Below, in pieces: positions 51,275 through 57,409 of a DNA stretch of 57,409 bases (the first letter of the stretch is position 1; every line of letters begins with the position of its first letter). The notes beneath the pieces are model-generated. The model had not been told where the DNA came from and ran no database searches. It saw nothing but the letters and a program-made list of their open reading frames with translations. This DNA comes from Octopus sinensis (taxonomy: Eukaryota): NCBI RefSeq assembly GCF_006345805.1, contig NW_021833617.1, positions 1-57,409 on the forward strand. The letters run 5' to 3'. The translations under genes were made by a program, and so were the position numbers.

Positions 51275-53550
51275 ACAGCTCTACACAACATGGTAGAGCT
51301 GACCATGTATGGACTAAAGGAAACCATGGACATGTAGCCTACAAGAATCTCTCCAGCTTGAACTTCCATAAGGCAAACTAGAAACAAACTGAGAAAAAGA
51401 TCCTCAAACAAAACTGGCCAAAATGTCTCTCCTCACTGGATATTGACATGAAACTTCAACAATTCATGTCTGTAATGCAAGCCATATGCTACAAATGCAT
51501 CCTGGAAAGAAAGGCCAATGTACACAAGAACAAAATACCCAGGGAGAGGAAAATTCTTATGACACGGCGGTACAAAAGTTTCAAATCGCCTAAACAAACA
51601 AATCTAAAGCAGTGAAAAGTCCCGCCTGAAAATAAAACTATTGGAAATTGAAAAATGTCTGCAACTCTCCCATGAAAAAGAAAGAGCAGACAAAGAAACC
51701 TGGGCTATAGACAATATAAAATCTAACTGCAGAGCTTTCTACAAGTTTGCCAAAGAAACAGCATCGGTGCACTGCAGGATAGGGCAGATGGTACACTCAC
51801 AGGAAACCCAATGAGGATAAGTGAAATACTAAATGAGCAATTCAAAAGTATTTTCACTCCACCCCTAGGACACTTGCAAGTCAGGAATCCAACTGACTTT
51901 TTTACCACTGCAGATATAAAAACAGAGGCAATGATGATCGATTACATCAATATAAAGGAAGACGATGTAATAAGGGCTATATATGAAATGAAAACAAACT
52001 CAGTTACTGGCCCTGATGGATTCCCAGCAATATTTCTAAAAGTATGTAAGCAAGTCCTAGCAAGACCACTGCAGTCCCCCTTTCAGAGCTCCCTTGCAAC
52101 TGGCAAACTTCCAAGAAAACTGAAGGAAGGTAAAATATTCCCTATTCATAAAGGAGGTGGCAGAGCGGAGGCCAAGAACTACAGACCTATCTCTCTCACC
52201 TCACACATCAGCAAGGTCATGGAATGAATAGTCAGAAGGAAACTAATCACCTTCCTTGAAGAAAATTACTTGCTGCCTGACACCCAACATGGTTTCCGAC
52301 CAGGAAGAAGCTGCCTAACTCAGCTCTTACAACACTATGACTGGGTGCTGAAACAGCTGCTCAACCACTCAAATGTGGAAGTCATATATCTCGACTTTGC
52401 AAAGTCGATCATGGAATGATATGTCACAAACTGCGTGATCTTGGCATAGTTGGAAAACTGGGAGAATGGCTTCATGACTTTCTGAAGGATAGAAGTCAGG
52501 TGGTAGTAGCCAATGGGGCCACTTCCACTAACATGCAAATAGTGAGCGGTGTTCCGCAAGGCACAGTTTTGGGACCACTACTGTTCATAATGGCCCTCTC
52601 AGATATGCCCTCAGCCACACAGAGAGCCACGATCACAAGTTATGCAGATGATACAAAAGTTTCACAGGTAATACAGAACCCTGAAGACACTATGCATCTG
52701 CAATGTGAGCTGGATGAAATATACAAGTGGGCTGAAAAGAATAGCATGCTTTTTAATACTGAAAAGTTTCAAGTCTTGTGCTATCAGCATGCAAAACTAA
52801 ATGCAATACCCATTAAATACACTGGACCTGGAAGGATTGCAATTCCAGAAGCACGGTCAGTGCAAGACCTCAGCATTTACATGAGTAATGATGCATCCTT
52901 TCACGAGCATGTTGCTAAATTGGCAATGAAATGCAGGTGGCAACCAGATGGATTCTTAGAACTTTTAGAGCAAGCGACCAAGAAACCATGATGGTCCTCT
53001 GGAGGACATTTGCCCCAAGCCACTTTCACTATTGCTCTCAGTTATGGTCACCATCCAGTGTCAAATTAGTCTCAGAACTTCAGGCAATCCAACAAAGCTA
53101 CATGAAGAAGATAGCCTCTATGCAGCATATAAGCTACTGGGAAAGACTCAAGAGAGAGCATAGGTGAGAAAGATATGCCATAATATACATCTGGAAGATC
53201 CTGGAAGGACTTGTCCCAAACTTTGGCATTGAGAGTAACACAAATACTAGAACTGGGCACCACTGCTTAGTGCCAAGGATTCCAAATTTGCCATCAAGAT
53301 GTAGGACAAGATACTGCAATAGCCTGGGCTTCAGAGGTCCACAGCTCTTCAATATCCTCCTGTCAGGTGTCCCAGATGAACCAACTTTGCGGCTGGAGGT
53401 GCATATGAGGGCAGCTGCATCAAACTCTCTCATGCACCGAATGTCAATTCCTAAAGAGCATTCGTGAAGTAAAAATACATAGCAACACCAATTGGCGGTG
53501 CCCCAGCATGGTCACAGCTCATGAACTGAAACTAGATAAAATAAGAAAAA
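51275..53550 (+). mobile_element. CR1/L2-group LINE copy 2 (end of APE to 3' tail), inactivated
   Basis: GPDGFP, YRPISL, GVPQGTVLGPLLF, SYADD and YCSQLWSP motifs; 3' tail ggcggtgccccagcatggtcacagctcatgaactgaaactagataaaataag. Confidence 0.92.
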
Positions 53551-53567
53551 TCAGAAATATATATACA

Positions 53568-55000
53568 CTAGCAGTATCGCCCGGCGTTGCTCGGGTTTGT
53601 TTCGACCCGCTGGAATTGTAATTTTGAAAAGTAAAAATTTTGTGAACATTTTTCTGGTCGAAATACACCGAAAAGTGGCGACACAGCAGTGAAAAAATCG
53701 TAAAAAGTAGGGATTTTCATAGAAAAAAGCATCTTTTTGCTGTAAATAATTTTTGGTGTTAACATGGTCCGATTTGAATTTTATGTTCTACGGAAAGAAG
53801 AGCAACCCTTCTTCTACCATACTCTCAATTTTGGTCAACTTGCGCCGCAGGGTCTCGGAGGAGATAGTGTTAGTTGAAGGTTACCATTCTGGGTGCCTGA
53901 GTAACAACCTCGCGGATTTACAGATAAATGAATTAATTACTATTTTACAGAATAAAATTAAATAATTCTTGAAAATTAAATAATATTAATATTTTTTGAA
54001 CAAAGTAAATAATTTTTAAAACTTAAATAATAATTTTTTTTACACAAACGCGAACGGGGAAAAGGGGGTGGCGAATTCGATTTACATACCTAAATTTTTT
54101 CTTTTTCATGACATTGTAGCAAAATAGTAGTGAATTATATAAATACCAGCAGTACATTTTTTTTCTGGGGTATTTTTTTTCAACCTCGTCACATATTTGC
54201 CCCTTTCAATTAAAAAAAGTCTTAATTAAGCAATTACGGCAGCTTAGCAATGGTTTCAATACAGGCGTGACATCTGTATCTCAATTGTTCAAAACCCTTC
54301 GAATTTTTTCGCACGTGATGATATCATAGTGAAAACTTCAGTTATTTCTGTCTTTCACTCTGTCTGTCTCTTTACACACACTAACAAAAGCACTTCACTT
54401 ACACACCGCACTTTCTGTGTCGCACAACCCATCAAACACACACACACACACACACTCACGCAGGCACACATGTACATCAATGCTTTCGGAGTGAAATGTT
54501 AAAATATTGAGTTTTCTCGAATTTTGTCTTAATTGGGGGTGAAATTGAAAGAAATATATTATGGCATGAGCAAATGGAGTACTTTGAAAAATCTTAGGTA
54601 AATTCTAATTGAAGAAATTGTGTGAGGAGTAAATCGTTATGTATTTATTTGTTTCTGTTTGCTGTGTTTTTTTATTTTTTGAGTAGTGGTTTAAATACTT
54701 TCAGTTTAGTCTTCCTCAAATCACTCTGTCGCTATTTACTTTCATTTTATTCGTTGCACACTGTGTGTGTGCGTTTGCTGTAAACCAGACTAAGAAAAGC
54801 ATTTGACATACACACCAGAATGTGAGTTTTCTGTAAATTTTGCTTAATTGGAGTTTAAATTTTAAAAACTGGACCTGGCATGACCCGATGCATTCTACTC
54901 TTAAAAATGCTAGGTAAATTGTAATTGAAGAAATCCTATATTGTAGATTTCTATAACTCCTAAAGGGAGGCAGATAAAATCTGCCTTTTATAATAAGAGA
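53568..55000 (-). mobile_element. Complete non-autonomous Helitron (~1.43 kb)
   Basis: 5' A|TC at 55000; 3' hairpin cccgagcaacgccggg (53580-53595) followed by CTAG|T at 53568; no TSD; subterminal palindrome aggcagataaaatctgcct near the 5' end. Confidence 0.85.
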
Positions 55001-55038
55001 TATATATTTGAATATATACATATATATATATATGAATA

Positions 55039-55070
<32 letters not shown>

Positions 55071-55073
<3 letters not shown>

Positions 55074-56362
55074 GGAGCATTCAATAAGTAATGCCCCTGA
55101 CCCACTTCCCATAGCAGTAGAGCAACGAAACTTGGTACAGTTATTAGTCTGTTTCTACATAGGAACCACCCAGAGTTACGTATTTCTCCCATCGTTTGAT
55201 GCAGCTCTGGAGACCGTTTTTGTAGAAGACCCCAGCTTGGTATTCCGACCACGATGTGACTTCAGAAATCAAGGCTGCATCATCTGGGAAACGCTTTCCT
55301 TTCAAAAAACAACTTCATGGGTAGGAAGAGGTGAAAATCAGAGGGTGCAAGGTCAGGAGAGTAGGGGGGATGGGGGAGGAGTTCATAGCCGCACGCCTGT
55401 GCTTCTGATCTGGCGACACACGAGTTGTGGACCGGAGCATTGTCCTGCAGGAGGAGGATGCCTTTGCTGATCTTGCCCCGCCTCTTGATTTTGATAGCTT
55501 CTCTTAATTTCCTCAAAAGTGAAGCATAATAGGCTCCTGTAATTGTGGTACCCTTTGCCAGGAAATCTGTCATCACTACTCCATCCTGGTCCCAGAAGAC
55601 TGTGAGCATGACCTTGCCAGCAGAGGGCTGCACCCTTGCCTTCTTTGGAGGAGGTGAGTCACGGTGCTTCCACTGCATTGACTGGGCTTTGGTCTCTGGA
55701 TCATAGTGATGGACCCAGGTTTCATCCTGTGTTATCAGTCTTTTGAAAAATTTTGACTCATCTTCTTGGCACATCTCCAAATTCATCCTCAAGCACTCGA
55801 TGCATTCTTGCTTCTGGAAAGGTGTGAGCAACCTGGGAATCCATCAGGCAGACACCTTTTGTATATGCAAATGGTCATGAATGCTAGTTTCCACAGACCC
55901 GGTACTAATCTTGACCTCATGGGCTATTTGGCGAATAGTTATGCGTCGATCTTCCAAAATAGCAGCCTCAACTTGACGGACAGATGCCTCATCAATGGCA
56001 GAAGGGGGCGACCAGATCTGGGAGCTGTTTCCACAGAGTTCCGACCATGTTTGAAATCACGATGCCAGCGTTTTACAAGGTCATATGATGGGGCATCATC
56101 ACCATAAGTTACTTTCATTTCATCAAAAGTCTCCCGTGGTGTGCGTCATTTCAAATACAAAAACCGGATCACTACTCGACACTCAACAGGCTCCATTTCA
56201 CACTTGACTCAGTTCAAACACCTGTAAATCAGAAACCACAATTAGTTCAGAGCTGTAATTTGCCACTTAATCTATAGAGATACAAATAATTGAACATGCA
56301 AAATTTCGGCTGGATCAAGCAAATGCAATGGGTCAGAGGCATTACTTATTGAACGTCCCTCG
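55071..56362 (-). mobile_element. Full-length mariner (DD34D) transposon, 1292 bp
   Basis: 34-bp imperfect TIRs (55071-55104 and 56329-56362) flanked by TA within a (TA)n tract. Confidence 0.95.
55144..56196 (-). pseudogene. Mariner transposase pseudogene (irritans-like)
   Basis: MEPVECRVVIRFLYLK*, *WIPRLLT, QDETW, QDNAPVH-34 aa-YSPDLAPSD. At least two in-frame TGA stops and a frameshift near 55305. Confidence 0.92.
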
Positions 56363-56383
56363 TATATATGAATATATATATAT

Positions 56384-56416
<33 letters not shown>

Positions 56417-56421
56417 GAATT

Positions 56422-56804
56422 TCCTTTTTTTTTCTTCTTTCAGCTCAGCGCTGCGGCCATGCTGATGCACCGCTGTTTTGTGCTACACTGTTATTGCGAA
56501 GAACCTCGTCTAATATGTGACACTTGATGAAGAATGGAGTTTGATATAGCTACCCTCATTTGCACCTCTTGCCGTGAGGTAAGTTCATCTGGGACTCTCG
56601 ACAAGAAGATGTCCAGCTTTGATTTAAAAACCGCTACATCTACTTTGTGCAAGTTCCTCAGACTCTTTGGGAGAATATTAAAAAGCTGTGGGCCCTTGAA
56701 ACCCAGGCTGTTGCAGAAGCTGGTCCTGAAGGGTGATGGCATTGCTGGGATCTTTGGCACTATGCAGTGTCATCCCGTTCTAGCATTGGTGTAGCTTACA
56801 ATGT

Positions 56805-56805
<1 letters not shown>
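56422..56805 (-). mobile_element. CR1/L2-group LINE 3' fragment
   Basis: MPKIPAMPSPFRTSFCNSLGFKGPQLFNILP is homologous to 53270-53467; tail gcggtgcatcagcatggccgcag plus an A-rich end. Confidence 0.9.
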
Positions 56806-56842
<37 letters not shown>

Positions 56843-56844
56843 CG

Positions 56845-57100
56845 TATAAACTATGATAAACTTAGATATGTTTTGACCAAAGATTGGTCCAGGCCATGTC
56901 TAACTTAATAGCACCACCTGATAGGATTATTCGAATCCTGTTTAAGTCAAGTTTTGTTTATGGTCCATTCAAGTTGTGAGTTCTTGTTAGGTGAGTTGTA
57001 TCCAATTATGGGTGGCTTATCTAGTATTCTTTGAAGGAATCTATCCAGATTCCGTTTAAAGTTGATGGGATCCTTTTCCTCTTTGATCTCTTTCGGGACA
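56845..57100 (-). mobile_element. 3' fragment of another CR1-group LINE family
   Basis: Translation VPKEIKEEKDPINFKRNLDRFLQRILDKPP matches the FK..LD.FL..IPD.P terminal motif. Confidence 0.7.
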
Positions 57101-57127
57101 ATATATATATATATGTATCAATGAATT

Positions 57128-57409
57128 TCCTTTTTTTTTTCTTGTTTCGGCGCAGACCTGCGGCCATGCTGATGCACCGCTGTTTTGTGCTACACTGTTA
57201 TTGCGAAGAACCTCGTTTGATATGTGACACTTGGTGAAGAATAGAGTTTGATATAGCTACTCTCATTTGCACGTCTTGCCGTGAGGTAAGTTCATCTGGG
57301 ACTCTCGACAAGAAGATGTCCAGCTTGATTTAAAAACCGCTACATCTACTTTGTGCAAGTTCCTCAGACTCTTTGGGGGAATATTAAAAAGCTGTGGGCC
57401 CTTGAAACC
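57128..57409 (-). mobile_element. Second copy of the 56422-56703 LINE 3' fragment (cut by window edge)
   Basis: Near-identical to 56422-56703, including the flank atgaatttccttttttttt. Confidence 0.9.

Overview
AT-rich, microsatellite-dense eukaryotic DNA with a SINE/LINE repertoire that I recall as typical of Octopus (unverified). No complete host gene is visible. Most listed ORFs are artefacts of (CA)n/(TA)n/(GA)n tracts. The window is probably intronic sequence of a large minus-strand gene: there is a well-signalled 24-nt microexon (28427-28450) and a candidate alternative first coding exon (19687-19794). Transposon content includes several tRNA-derived SINE families, CR1/L2-group LINEs (two large degenerate copies), R4/Dong-like, RTE and Penelope-like remnants, a full-length but inactivated DD34D mariner (55071-56362), other Tc1/mariner fossils and non-autonomous Helitrons. 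From about 43 kb to the end the sequence is an almost continuous TE nest. The most notable observations are: a complete-looking type I hammerhead ribozyme (10342-10412) plus a minimal one (144-180), both in Penelope-like inverted-repeat contexts; a ~53 x 36-bp minisatellite with five of six frames open; Helitron termini bracketing a 3'-truncated LINE; and an apparent CpG-rich to CpG-poor transition near 24-26 kb. All calls were made by eye and most boundaries are approximate.
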